A stretch of 64,000 nucleotides of DNA from Sphyrna mokarran (lineage: Eukaryota): assembly GCA_024679065.1 (NCBI GenBank), contig JAGIQG010000011.1:68758001-68822000 (forward strand), in the 5' to 3' direction. The notes below the pieces were generated by a model that saw only the letters and a list, made by a program, of their open reading frames with translations, had not been told where the DNA came from and made no database searches. Of this stretch, positions 49,881 through 62,884 are shown one piece after another. The stretch's first letter is position 1; each line of letters opens with the position of its first letter. A program made the translations under genes and the position numbers.

Positions 49881-50804
49881 GGTTTGTTAGGCAAGGAGCA
49901 CAACAAGTAAATCCATGCTCCTCTTGACACCTGGGATGAGGAGCTTCCTCTTTCAAAGGCACTCATTGCCTGTTCGAGGGACAGAGCAACAGGAAAGCCA
50001 CATCCTCTGTTCTTGTCTCCAAATATTCTTCCCTACCTTCCTCAAAAGTCTCATGTCAGGACCCATCCTGCAATCGTTCACGTGCAATCTTGGATCCAGC
50101 GAGGAGACTAGAGCTTGAGTGCTGTACTGGCAGCCACCACTATCTCCCTGTGGCATCGCCATTCAATTGGGGCTGCCTGCTTTTGATGATCTGGTAGCTC
50201 TTGATGACGACTTCCACCACCAAAGATCTTCATCCCAGGGAAAGCCCATCACTGTCCAGTTAAGCACTTGAGTGACACTTAATACAGCTGGCCTTCCTTA
50301 AAGGAGGTGATATGAGACTCCAGCTAGACACAGCCATACTCTCCACATTGACCCCTATTGACCCCCATCATGACCTCTTCAACCTTTCCCATTCTGGAAG
50401 GATGATGCCTAGCTTATTTGAACTTTCTTGACAGCTATGAACTGCAGATGGGGAAAATGTGAAACAGTGACACTCCGACTCCTACAAAAGAAAAATATAC
50501 ACATGTTGGCGAGTCTCTTCATCTCTCCTAATAAAGCTGAGTAAATCATTGCTCCTTTCCCCATGTTCCTTGCTTAATATTATAACATTATAAATGAGCT
50601 TTCCCATCAAACTCTCTCCCATTCCCTCCCTGGAGCTCAGTAGGGATCATTCCCACCAAAACTAGGAATGTTAAAATTGGAGATTAGTCAGAATGTATGA
50701 AAAAATCAAGCCATTCCACATTAATTGCTCTCTCCCATTGGCTGACAGTGTTAAAATCCCCTTCATTTACCACTCCTGTTGAGCTGCTTATGATAATTTT
50801 GACA

Positions 50805-51090
50805 ATCATGGAATCCCTACAGTGCAGAAGAAGGCCATTCAGCCCATTGAATCTGAACCAACCACAATCGCACCCAGGCCCTATCCCTGTAATCTCACGT
50901 ACTTACCCTGCTAGTCTGCCTGACACTAAGAGGCAAATAAGTATAGCCAATTAACCTAACTTGCACATATTTGGAGCGTGGAAGGAAACCCACATAGAAT
51001 GGGGAGAACATACAAACTCTACACATACAGAGACCCAAGACAGGAATTGAACCTGGGTCTCTAGCACTGTGAGACAGCAGTGCTACCACA
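50805..51090 (-). mobile_element. HE1/V-SINE
   Basis: aatccctacagtgcagaagaaggccattc tail, V domain and head. Confidence 0.88.
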
Positions 51091-52254
51091 GATACTTTAC
51101 AAATGTCTAATTTTCCAATTTACAGCCAAATGAATGTGCCCTCAAAAATAATTTGTTCTTTTCCTTTAAAACCAGTGTCAGAAAGAGTTTAAATTGTTAT
51201 GCTCAGACATTTCCCTCAAGAAACGTCTGAAATCCATTGAATACATTTCATCAAAGTACAGATGCAAATACATGAAGACGCAAAGATAAAATCCAGGTAC
51301 CTGAAACTACTGGTAATACTAGCAAAGCTTTTAGTGAAATGTATACCATATCTTCATGCATCTCCACTATGATGTTGGGAGTGTAATTGTTTTAATGACT
51401 CATCATACAAGGAAAGTAGAGACCAAACAGATGAAGGCTATCAATTTATATTTGCAGCAGAGTCACTCGATAAACCTCATTTTGCCCAGTCTGACCAAAC
51501 GGATTCCAAAAATAAACCAAAACAACTTAATTTCCAAGCACTTCTCTGAAAACTTATATGAAAAATTGATTATTTTTTTTGCATTGCTGGAAAACGATGA
51601 ACAGTGAATAAATCTTCATTAAAACAATCTCAGTTTCAACAATAGCTCAATCAGATCACAGATTCGAGTGAAATAAGAATACAAGCGGAATAAGAAAAAA
51701 GCTATTCTGCCAATACAAAGCCCCAAGGTAGTCATTAGTCATTGCTCGTCAGCAAAAGCAATTGCAATTTGGAATAACTTTGATAGCATGTGATGTTGTT
51801 GTATTCTACAACGCTGATTTGTACTTCAGTTGGCTAACCACTCACACTCTGAAATAATAATGTTAATTTAAATGGGCGATGAGCCATACTGGTAAAGTCA
51901 TCCCCAGTTGCAGAATATATGCTACTTTTTAAAACTGACTTTATTCAAAATTTGCATTTTAACTTCAATAAATGTGGTATAAAGAACATACAGTACAGTT
52001 GGGAAGCACGTTCAAAACAACAAATTGAAACAGGGAAGTAAATCACCTGCAATTTTGCAGAGGGAAAAGGCTGCTTTGTAATAAAATTTAACGCACATTG
52101 TTTTGATTATTCTGCTGCTAAGCAACTTCAAGTATTTTAAGAAATTGCTGATAAAAATATTATTAAAATGCCTGTGGATGTTTGAAAGCAGAAACACTGC
52201 AGCATCTTCAGCCTGAAGTGCTGAGTGGATGATCTATTTCAGCCTCCAGCATCC

Positions 52255-53550
52255 TCAGATGCCAGTTTTCAGCCAATTCACTGAACAGCTGAAGGCACTG
52301 GATACTGGAAAAGCTATGAGCCCTGACAGCATTACAGCAATAGTGCTGAAGACTTGTGTTCCAGAACAAGTTCTGTTCCTCGTCAAGCTGATCCATTCAG
52401 CCACAACACTGACATCTACGAGACAATGTGGAACATCGTCCAGATATACTCTGTCCACAAATAGCAAGACAGATTCAATCCAGCTTATTACCTCCCTATC
52501 AGTAGATAGAAGGGATCATCAAAATGCTATCAGTACTTACACAGCAATAACCTTCCTTGTGAATGTTCACTTTGGGTTTGGATTGGGATACTGCGCTCCT
52601 GATCTCATCACAGGGCACCACTGCAGAAGTTCCTCAGGGTAGTATTCTAGGTCCAACCATCTTCAGCTCCTTCATCAATGGTAAGAATGTTCATTGATAG
52701 TTGTATAATGTTCAGTACCATTTGCTATTCCTCAGATACTGAAGAAGTCCATATCCAAATACAATAAAATGAATATTAAGGCTTGGGCTAATAAATGGCA
52801 AGAAATATTCATGCCACACAAGAGTCAGGCAGTGACTATCTCCAACATGAGAGAATCCAATCATTTCCCCTTGACATTCAACAACATTACCATTGCAAAT
52901 CTCCCACTGTCTATATTCTGGGGGTTACCACTGCCCTGAAACTGAACTGGACCAGCCATATAAATACAATAACTACAAGACCAGATCAGGAGCTTGGAAT
53001 TCTGCATGGAGGAAACTCACCTCCTGACTCCTCAACACCTGTCCACAATCTATACGCCACAAGCCAGAATGTGATGAAATACTCTACTTTTGTCTGGATG
53101 AGTTCAACTCCAACAACACTCAAAGAGCTAGGCACCATTCAAGCTGAAGAAGCCCACTTGATTGGCATCTCATTCAACATCTTAAACATTCACTTCTTGC
53201 ACCACCGTGTAGCATGTACAAGATGCACTGCAGCAATGTGTTAAGGTTCCTTTGACAGCAACTTTCAAATATATGACTGCTACCATTGAGAAGGACATAG
53301 GCAGAAGATGCATGGGAAAATTACTTACAAGTCCCCTTCCAAGGCACACAGTAATACTGACTTGTTACTATATCACCATTCCCTCATTGTCATTGGCTGA
53401 AAATCCTGGAACCCCTGTCCTAACAGCGCCGTGGGTGTATACAACCACATGAGAGTAGTTCATGAAAGTGAGTCACATCACCTTTTCAAGGGCAATTTGG
53501 AATGGGCAACAAATGCTAGCTTCACCCAGCAGTACTCACATTTGTGTAAG
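52255..53550 (+). mobile_element. Second LINE family, decayed RT to 3' end
   Basis: LKALDTGKAMSPDSITAIVLKTC, VPQGSILGPTIF, ILGVT...LNWTSHIN, MKYSTFVWMSSTPTTLKELGTIQ. Confidence 0.85.
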
Positions 53551-54314
53551 GATAAGAACAGATTTTGGCACCAATCTCCAAAGATGGGCAATTGGCTGTC
53601 TCTGTTTCACAACCACATTAATCTTTACTAATTAAGCTGGGTTTGATTTACTAAACTCTTTTGTGGATTGCTAATTGCTCCATTTAGCCATATATGCCCT
53701 TTTATTATCAGTAATGAAGAACCATGTCTTAGTATTATTCTTGCAGATGTATGGGGAATTTTTCAGTCTGTCACGTCCAGGGAAGCAAATTGCTGAACAC
53801 TATCTATCTCTAACTCAGGTTGTTGGTGTTGGCTTGAGACCTTCCGTCTCATATCCTTTTCTTACACATTTTCCATGATCATTATTAAAAACCACAGGAG
53901 AGGTTTTGTGTAACTAAGAATACATGTAGGACGAAGATTCATTTCTGTACATCTTTCAATTCAAAACTTGACGAAATTAGTTCATTTGTTAATTTGCATT
54001 CATTATCTTTACAGTAAAGAATTAACCCAGAAATCGTATGATTCTTCTTTAGCAATTCCAGGCTAAGTCTTCTGGGCAATGTCTTGAAAATGATAGGAAA
54101 CTAGATCTGTCAGATTTGTATCCTGTTTAACATTGCCCATTGATCACTGTGAGATATCATTTAGGACACTTACACAAACTGATTTAGATACTTTACATAT
54201 TGGAAAGGCTACATATCCAGGATGCTTTTCCAGTGGGCCCTGGATGAAATATTGCAACCATTAATTTCTGAGTTTCCAGATATATTACGGCTCAGAATCG
54301 CTCCTGCTCTTTTC

Positions 54315-54730
54315 AAGACCACAAGAAACTACAAAGGATTGTGAACAAAGCACAGTCCATCACTCAAACCAGCCTCTCATCCATTGACTTTGTCTACACT
54401 TCTCACTGTCTCGGAAAAGCAGCCAGCATAATCAAGGACCCCACACACATCGGACAGTCTCTACCTTCTTCTGTTCAGAAAAAGATACAAAAGACTGAGG
54501 TCATGTACAAATTGACTCAAGAACAGCTTCTTCCCTGCTGCCATCAGACTTGAATGGACCTACCTCACCTTAATTTGATCATTTTCTACACCTTAGCTAT
54601 GACTAACACAACATTCTGCACGCTTTCCTTTCCTTCTCCATGAATAGTATGCTTTGTATAATGCATAGGAAACAACACTTTTCATTGTCTACTGATACAT
54701 ATAACAATAACAAATTAAATCAAATCAACA
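54315..54730 (+). mobile_element. Rex1/Babar LINE 3' fragment
   Basis: KKLQRIVNKAQSITQTSLSSID..YTSHCLGKAASIIKDP. Confidence 0.85.
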
Positions 54731-54908
54731 ACTGGACAAATAGATTACAAATAACAAGTGGACAGGCAAGGTTTCAATTCAAGCTAGCAAGCTATTTATC
54801 TTCCATAATAAAATTAATCTTGCATTAAAAAGAATATGAACAAGATAAAGGAAGGCATAAAACAGTACACATTTCCACATTGGGAGCAAGAGAAGGATTA
54901 CAAACCTA

Positions 54909-55035
54909 GGGCAGGATTTTATGGCCTAGCTTGTCCCAAAACCATTAAACCTTGCCTGACGTCAACAAACCTTTCCATTGTCCACCCCTCACCCATTCTA
55001 ATTCCTGTGGTGGTTGAGATGGTCAAATTCGGCCC
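54909..55035 (+). mobile_element. MITE, family A
   Basis: gggcaggatttt ... aaattcggccc, flanked by TA on both sides. Confidence 0.7.
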
Positions 55036-55599
55036 TAATATCAGTGCTCCTCCCAACAAAACTGGGCCACATGAGATCTGTAGTATAAATCTCTTTAACT
55101 TGTTTAAGTACTAAACCGTTCTTGAACCTGAAGGTTATGATTTGCCAATGGGTCAAGTTTTTAACTCTGTGACTGTTGTGGGCATTCTTTAAAATCTATT
55201 AATAAAATAGTCCCACTGAACACCTCGGTGATTGAGTCTCCTTTGGAATTTTTTACGTTGTGCCCTACGTCCTGACAGAGATTTGCAGATGTTTTCATCG
55301 CATTTCCAGTCTATCATAGGTATCCAAAATAGCCATTAATTGTCCCATTGCATCTTCACAGGTGTGGATTCCCATTCCTGGCTTAAAATACTGTCAGTGG
55401 GAAAGAAGAAAATGTCAATAGATTTCAGGAATCTTAATGTCTATTTCAATAAATATAAAGTTCAATAGAATGTGCAAACTCACATCTTCAGTTTGAAAGG
55501 CTTTCTACCATTATGCCCTTTTAGTGTGGCACAGTATCACTCAGAGCCGTGGAATTTGACAACATCCTAGCTATACTACTGAAGACTTGTGTTCCAGAA

Positions 55600-55700
55600 C
55601 TCTCCGACAAAGGGTCACCCAGACTTGAAACATCAGCTCTATTCTCTCTCCATAAATTCTACCTGACCTGCTGAGATTTTCCAGCATTTTCAGTTTTTAT
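55600..55700 (+). mobile_element. Penelope-derived terminal repeat with hammerhead-like motif
   Basis: CCGACAA-A-GGGTC-ACCCA-GACTT-GAAA-CATC-AGCT. Confidence 0.7.
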
Positions 55701-55849
55701 GAGGCTTGGATCGCTTTGAGAGGCACAGATATTGTACATGGAGGCTGTAACACCAATGTTGACAATTTTGTGTTTTATAGATGCTACGAAAAAGGATTGT
55801 TTTCTACAATGGAAAGTACTGAACACAACTTTAATGAAGTCCCGCTTCA

Positions 55850-56960
55850 CTTTCTCCAAGGATCCTTCCTTTATCTTGGTTTTTCAATTTCCATTTATTC
55901 TCACAATGCAAGCATTCTCTTCCATATCAGTAGAAGATATTTCTTCTTTTTTGCTCAATCAAGAACGTCCCACTACTATAATTTACCTGGGCTTCAACCT
56001 TATCTGTTTATTTCCAGCACCACTCCAAACCCTTTCTTCTGGAATCACCCTTTCATCCTCACCTTCAACTCTGCCAACTTCCAAGTTTCATGTATAATCA
56101 TCCATTTCTAACAGTTCCTGTAATGTACTAACAGACTCATTTGTTCCTCCCCTTCCAGTACTCTGAAGGGGCCATTCCCCTCTGTCACATCCTGGTTTAC
56201 TCTTCTATTATCCTTAGCATTCCTTCATTTCCCAATGTACCTGCTCAAATGCAAGTGATGCAATATCTCCCTGCTTCTCACCATCTCTTCAATTCAACAT
56301 TTTTAAATCATAATCATTGTGTTCATTTCCCTGGACAGCGGGAGTCATTGTTCAATGCTCATTTAGATCTTCTCTCAACTCATATTTTGATATTTTTTTC
56401 CAAAACCTTCTTTTGCTCTGTAACATCATCCCATTCAGTCATTTAATTATTCCTGTTCTTCATGATATCATTTTCCTTGTTCTTTCTTCCACAGACCCTA
56501 TCCATGAAATCCCTGGCTCTATATTTGCTTACAGAGATTTCACAGTGTCACATTGGGTAACACTGCTGCACAGCGCTGGGGACCCAGGTTCGATTCCCAG
56601 CTTGAGTCACTGTCTGTGTGAGCTTGCACTTTCTTCCTGTATCTGCTTGGGTTTCCTACGGGTATCCGGTTTTCTCCCACATTCCAGAAGACATACTGGT
56701 TAGGTGCATTGGCCATACTAAATTCTCCTGAACAGAGGTGCTGAAGTGTGACGACTAGATGATTTTCACAATAACTTCATTGCAGCGTTAATGTAAGCAT
56801 GCTTGTGACACTAATCAATAAACCTAAATTTATAAACTGTTAAATCACTAATTTCTTCTATTTCTGACTTAATGGTTATTGCTCTGCAAGATGAATTCTG
56901 CTTTTCTCTCCACAGGTGCTTTCTGACCTGCTGAACATTTCCACCATTTTCTGTTGACCA
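55850..56960 (+). mobile_element. Decayed Penelope-like element 3' part, interrupted by SINE 56540-56830
   Basis: ISSFLLNQ, PFILTFN and IIIHF remnants typical of the PLE RT-EN linker; terminal repeat ctctccacaggtgct..ctgacctgctga. Confidence 0.55.
56540..56830 (+). mobile_element. V-SINE with alternative tail
   Basis: ggttcgattcc B box, V domain and ttttcacaataacttcattgcagcgttaatgtaag tail. Confidence 0.85.
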
Positions 56961-58034
56961 TTATTTGAGATGCAGTACCTGAACTAACTTATTGGGTTTG
57001 AACAAACCTTTTGTACCTGCTTGACTTGTTCAGCGGTAAAACTAAATTTTAGAAAGCCACAAATATTCAATTCTTCTAATATTACCTCTTGTTTTCCTAA
57101 TTACTTCCTGTTGTTCTTGCACTTTGAAGTTCATTTCCTCCAAGTGGCTTGTGAAATTAATGGGAAACTGAGTCATCTATTTGGTTTTGCTGAGAGTTTG
57201 CCAAAAAGGAAGCAATCCAGCTCATGGTGTTGACAGCTAATTGATGTAAACTTCAAAGAAAAAAAGCTCAAATCAATCTTGCACTGGAAACAATTAGCAA
57301 GCTGCACCAGGTTACACAACAATTTAATCAGGAAGGCCAGTTGCTTTCGAATTGAATGTTTTCAGAAGGCATCGATTAATTGCACCATCAAAAAAATCTT
57401 TATTGCTGTCTTCTGACCCTTTGTGTTGCAAAGTGGCAAATGCAGTGGGTACTAATCATGGCTATTACCTCTTACTGATTGACTTCTCAAAATTAAGGCT
57501 GTCTTTCAAATACGTTTGACTGTAAAGATCCAAAGTTTATGATTTTAATGAAGGCTAAGGACCCAAAATGTTCTTTCTCTCTACACACGATGCCTGTCCT
57601 GCTGAGTCCTTGGCAGCATTTTTCTATTTTTATTTCAGAAACCCAGTGTCTGTAATTTGGATAGATGATTCAGACTTGGCTACAAGAGAAACAAAAGCCA
57701 GATACTACTCCGAAAGTAATTTGAGGTAAAAGTACTATCAGTAGAAAGGCCACCAGCAATTAACACTCAACGAAAGAGTGTTTGTTGACACTTCGTAAAA
57801 AATGTTAAGATAACTGTTTAAATGAGCTCAAAGGGCATTTTTTTTGAGTTCTTCCTCAGATTTCTAAGTTGCTGGGTTACTTGAAAGGAATTCACCAACA
57901 AGATGTTTCTTGTGATTGTAAATTTTTTTTCGCAAATAGAGATGCTGGGTAATTTAGTCTGTTGCAAAGACGGCCAATATGACTTGCATTAATTATCTTC
58001 TGAAGTGACAGTGACTACTACAACAAATGTAACT

Positions 58035-58142
58035 GGGGGACGCAATGGTCTAGTGGTGTCATCGCTAGACAATTAATCCAGGAACTCAGCTAATTTCTGG
58101 GGACTTAGGTTCAAATCCCACCATGGCTGATGGAGGAATTTG
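58035..58142 (+). mobile_element. Non-V SINE tRNA head
   Basis: gggacgcaatggtctagtgg...ggttcaaatcccaccatgg, homologous to 34255. Confidence 0.75.
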
Positions 58143-58159
58143 TGCCAAGTCGTATTTCA

Positions 58160-58572
58160 ATATCGTACTGAGGAAATGCTGCATTGTTAGAAGTGTTAAC
58201 TAGTCAGATGAGAAGTTGCAATAAGACCCTTCGTATCTGTTCAAGTTAAAACATAGAACGTAGAACACTACAGCACAAACAGGCCCTTTGGCCCACAAGT
58301 TGCACCAATCATATCCATACCAACCAGACCTATCTATAACTCTCAATCCTATTAAATCCCAGGTACCCATCCAGAAGTTTCTTAAAAGTCCCCAGCGAGT
58401 TTGCCTCTACCACCACTGACGGCAGCCGATTCCACTCACTCACCATACTCTGAGTGAAAAACTTACCCCTGATTGTTGAGGTTGATGTAAAATATCCAAT
58501 AGTATAATTTTAAAAAGTTGAGATTCTCTCAATATCTTCTCCTACATTTATTAATCAATCAGCATCACCAAA
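58160..58572 (+). mobile_element. Deu-domain SINE remnant interrupted by a minus-strand CR1 3' end (58250-58470)
   Basis: gtactgaggaaatgctgcattgttagaagtg...cagatgag...|aggttgatgtaaaatatcc...catttattaatcaatcagcatcacc; insert is the same subfamily as 32665. Confidence 0.65.
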
Positions 58573-58692
58573 GGGGTGAGCCTATTGGGGATGAGGGCCT
58601 ATAAGGCGGGGGCCACTATGGAGTAGAGATCGGTGAAGGTGGGAGTTGGGACTGCCGGTTGGGGACGAGGGGTCAAGGCTGACCCGGATGTT

Positions 58693-59015
58693 GGTATGGT
58701 GGCACAGAGGTTAGGACTGCAGCTTCACAGTGCCAGGGACCTGGGTTCAATTCTGGCCTTGGGTCACTGTCTGTGTGGAGTTTGCACATTCTCCTCATGT
58801 CTGAGTGAGTTTCCTCTGGGTGCTCTGGTTTCCTCCGACACTCCAAAGAGGTGCAGGTTAGGTTGATTGTCCATGATAAATTGACCCTTAGTGTCAGGAA
58901 GATTAGCAAGTTAAGTATGAGGAATTAAGGAGATAGGGTCTTGATAGGATTGTGGTTGGTGCAGAGTCGATGGGCCAAATGACCTTATTCTCTATTGTAA
59001 TGTTTCTATGATTCT
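58693..59015 (+). mobile_element. HE1/V-SINE, full length
   Basis: ggtggcacag head, gggttcaattc B box, V domain and CR1 tail. Confidence 0.9.
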
Positions 59016-59061
59016 TTGATTCTTACACCAGGTTTTCTGGCTTTTTTTTATTGTTTGCATA

Positions 59062-59490
59062 CGGGCAGTTTTTCCAAAATAATTTAATGTGTCAAATGCT
59101 AAAAAACAGGAGTAAGTCCCACTGTTTTTGTCGGCGGGAGTTTCGAAATGGATCTCCTGCACTCTGTGCAGTGCAGAATGCACTAGCGTAATTCGTCCAA
59201 AAAAAAAAAATCAGTGGGATATTCCTGGCAGCATGGCGCTGGGAGGGCCATTACTCATGCACCAATCTGTCAGTGCCGAGATTGATGCATGTAGTGGCCC
59301 TGCACTGCCAGCCTTCCGATCGCGGGCCAGCTTGACAGTGGGCCAGTTCCACAACCCCTCACACAGCCCGCTTACTGGCTTCCCAAATATGTCTGGGCCA
59401 GGCTCGATCCTCTCCCTTCCTGCCCGGCCTGCCCTGATGACCCCCATCCCGGACAGTCCCAATCTCCCAAATTGTATGTTGGCAGCTTGA
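59062..59490 (+). mobile_element. Large GC-rich non-autonomous DNA element, 5' part
   Basis: Homologous to 37878-38250 (aaaaatcagtggg...caatct.tcagtgc.gagattg). Confidence 0.65.
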
Positions 59491-62061
59491 ATCGTAACAG
59501 TCACTTCAGTCCAGTTTTCAGAACCTGCCTGCTTAGCAGCTAGGCAACCTGCTTATAGAAATGTTGTTCTGAAATTCAAAGCCGAGAGAAGAGTGAGCTT
59601 GGCCTGGTGAGAATGGCTTACACCTCAGTTTACACTGCTTGACTATATGAAGCTATGGTACATATTTCAAAAATGCCTGGTCCTAATCTGTCTTTAAGCA
59701 GCAGCTTGAAATCAAGAAATCGAAGTCTTGGGAAACATAACCAATAAATAACTTCATTTGGATTTGGAATAGGTGGAAATGTTACACGTTATCTCCTGTA
59801 CCTCCAGCCTGTTCAGCTGACAGACTCAAAAGTAATCCAACACTAGTGATAAAATTTATTTCAGCATTCATAAAAATGAAATTCTGCTTGTTATATGTCA
59901 CAACAGAAAAAACATTCATGGAGTTCGAACCATATGTTCAGTCTCAGGATACAGGTTAACAAAGTACTAATGGGGTTGACTTTTTCGAAGCCCAACAATT
60001 GGGTTACTGCTTTGCAGATCTTGAACATTCTATATCTTATAAATTGTTCTGTTGTGATACAAAACATTAAGGGTCATATTCAATTGGAACTGCTGGTGCC
60101 CTTAAAATGTTGTAATGGATGTTACTTTGCAAGAAATATCTTTTAATTGCTGCAACAGGTCAATGTAATTTTGCAAACAGGTTCAGGTATGAAGCAATTG
60201 CTGAAATGATGAAATAAAGGGTGCACGTTACATCTGGGATGGACACTCCAATTACCGTATCACATTTTCTGTTTTGAAACTATTGTAACGCCGGACTGGA
60301 TGTGTTAGTGAGATCTAACTAAACTATTGTAGAAAAATGAGCTTTAATAATTTGCTTTTGACACATGAAACCGACTGAGATTCTCCCCACAGAGCACTGG
60401 CTAGAATTACACTGAGGAAAAAACAGAACTTCCTTGCAAAGCAAATTGTAAAATGCATTACAAGTTTGGCAATAAAAGACATATTTCTATTTGCAAACTT
60501 GAGGATAGACTCGATCACTGACTGGCCAGAACAAACATTCCATTTGCCAATAATATGGTTTATTTTGAGTTTTAACACAGGAGTCCACGCAAAATTGATA
60601 TTTAAACATACTCTCGGAATTTTTAAATCTCAATTCCCTTCATGTGAGGTACAATAATAATATGTCATTCCTCTTTATTGTTTCACCATATGCTGTGTAA
60701 TTGATATTTATATTGCTGCTGAATCTCCTTTGGGTAAATGCAGAATTGACTAATGTTTAAACAAAGTATTTAATACTTTGCCCTCACCAGTAAGAAGCAA
60801 AGCAACTTTCCATTAATATTCCCTATCTAGCAATTTAACTTTTCTTTTTAAATTGGTGCCATCTGTCCAATACAGTAAGTTGCTCCTAAATATAGGTGCA
60901 TCAGAAATAAAACTTATCTTAACTGGATGAAGCAAAAATGATTAATGTATTTCTACATAGGGTTAATACTAGTTTGTGACAATCTTACTTTACCTATGAC
61001 TCGATGCCAGCAAAAGTATTACAAGTCACACTGAAAAGGCACATTCTGTCTCAGTTTTACTGATATTTACAAAAAGAACACGATAGATTCTAGAAAGCTG
61101 CACTAAAATGAGAAAGCATCAGAAATACTAGGCAGGTCATGCAACTTCCGTGGAGAGAAAAGCGAAGGTAGTGGCTTTTCTGGTGCTGTTTTCGGTGCTG
61201 GTGAGGACGGGGGGGCATCAGCTACGGAAGAAAGAAATCCCATAGGAGTCCTAAAATCTGGTTTACGCTAGCAGGATTTTCCATTCCATTCTCCCACACC
61301 TCCCTACCCCCTACCAATGACATGTTGGGAATCCGGGCATTGAATTTAGGATTCTGCATTTGAATATATTTAAATATTATTATTATTAAGCTTTTATGCC
61401 TTCCTCGCCCATTAGATTATCCATTTATGTTGGCACGAAGGCATGTTGACGTGAAATATGACAGATGCCCCACGACATGCACCTGGTGAGCAGAACACGC
61501 CAGAGGCCTGCAAGTGAGTACATTCCCCAGGATGGTTATGCCTGCTATTATCCCCTGGCATTACCCTCGGAACTGTCCCCAGGCATTGCCCCTGGCACTG
61601 CCAGCCCAAGCACTGCCCTCTGATTGACAGAAAGCTCAACTGCCTAACTGCGCTCTCAATTTGAGTCTGATGTTGTGGGACCTGCCCTTTAACTTTTCTT
61701 CCTTGCTAAAAAGTCAAAGGAAACCACAGGCAGCTTCTGTTAGGTTTTTCCCACTCACTGTGCAACTCTGCCTAAAAATGAAAACATTCCACCCAGTTTG
61801 AACAGCTGCACGGGTTCAGACAGCAATGAGACCAGAGACAACACACCACCTCCCTCAATGAGAAACATGTTGCAGGGAGGCCAGAGAATCCGCCCCCACC
61901 TCCGGCATTTCAGGACAGTTCATCAGAATTAGAATATGTCACAGCTATAAATGGTCCTCTAGATTAAACATTTTTTGTTTCCTCACTTGTCATATTATCA
62001 TCCCTTTTTATCTTGCACCATCATTTCTTTTGTCATTTAATTACCTCGTTTTCCACACTAG

Positions 62062-62494
62062 AACAAAGAACAAAACAGCACGGGAAACAGGCCCTTCGGC
62101 CCAACGAGCCCATGCCGCCACTCCGATGTTCCCACCTCTACCCGCGATCCCTGTCCATGTTTATAGATCTATGGATTAAAAACCAAATTTGAGACAATTT
62201 AGGGAGAATTTGTTTTGCCAATTAGCCTAAGAGCACATCTTTGGGATGTGGAGGAAACCGGAGCACCCGGAGAAAACCCACGCAAGCACGGGGAGAATGC
62301 GCAAACTCCCACAGACACAGGCCCAAATCCATGTATCTGCACAGCACAGCTATAGTCACTGTGCTGTCGTGTTGCCCATCAGATGGTCCAGGTCAAGCGT
62401 TCACTAACGACGTGAAGCAGTAGGATACTCTCGAAAAAGATCCAAGAGCAGTCCTCTCACGACCCATTGCGTGTATGCCCCTCGTTAGACAACA
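62062..62494 (-). mobile_element. Atypical young V-SINE with a ~120-nt structured 5' extension
   Basis: CR1-type tail (agaacaaagaacaaaacagcac on +), intact V domain, remodelled head, ACTAG duplicated at 62057-62061 and 62495-62499, many CpGs. Confidence 0.75.
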
Positions 62495-62884
62495 ACTAGT
62501 GTAAACCTTCTCATTTGTTCTTTTCTCCTGCACCCCCTTCTCTGCCTCTGTACTTGCTTAAAACCTAATATAAATCCATTTTGTCTGGTTTCAACCTGGA
62601 ATACCGTTTTCCCTGCATACTACAGTATATTTCCAACTTTGATTCTGCGACACCGATAAGTAATGCACGCGGTAGAAAAATTCTGTCACGTGATGATAGT
62701 GATACTGAGCAGAAAGCACTTGACTTGGGTTGGAACCCCTATTGAAAAGTTTTTTTTTTGACGGGGTTTTATTTCTGAGCTTTAATATTAAGAAGAGTCA
62801 ACAGTCCTCTCTCAAGTATCATAATTACATGATTGATCACCTCATTGTGTGTATCACTGTATGAAAATGTAAAGGGATTGCAAT

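Noticed and set aside
58693-58770. tRNA genes at SINE heads (here and elsewhere)
   Set aside because: A/B boxes are present, but there is no intact cloverleaf and they run straight into SINE bodies.
62375-62494. 5S rRNA, 28S rRNA or C/D snoRNA origin of the SINE 5' extension
   Set aside because: Only scattered short word matches from memory, not collinear, and no canonical box C.
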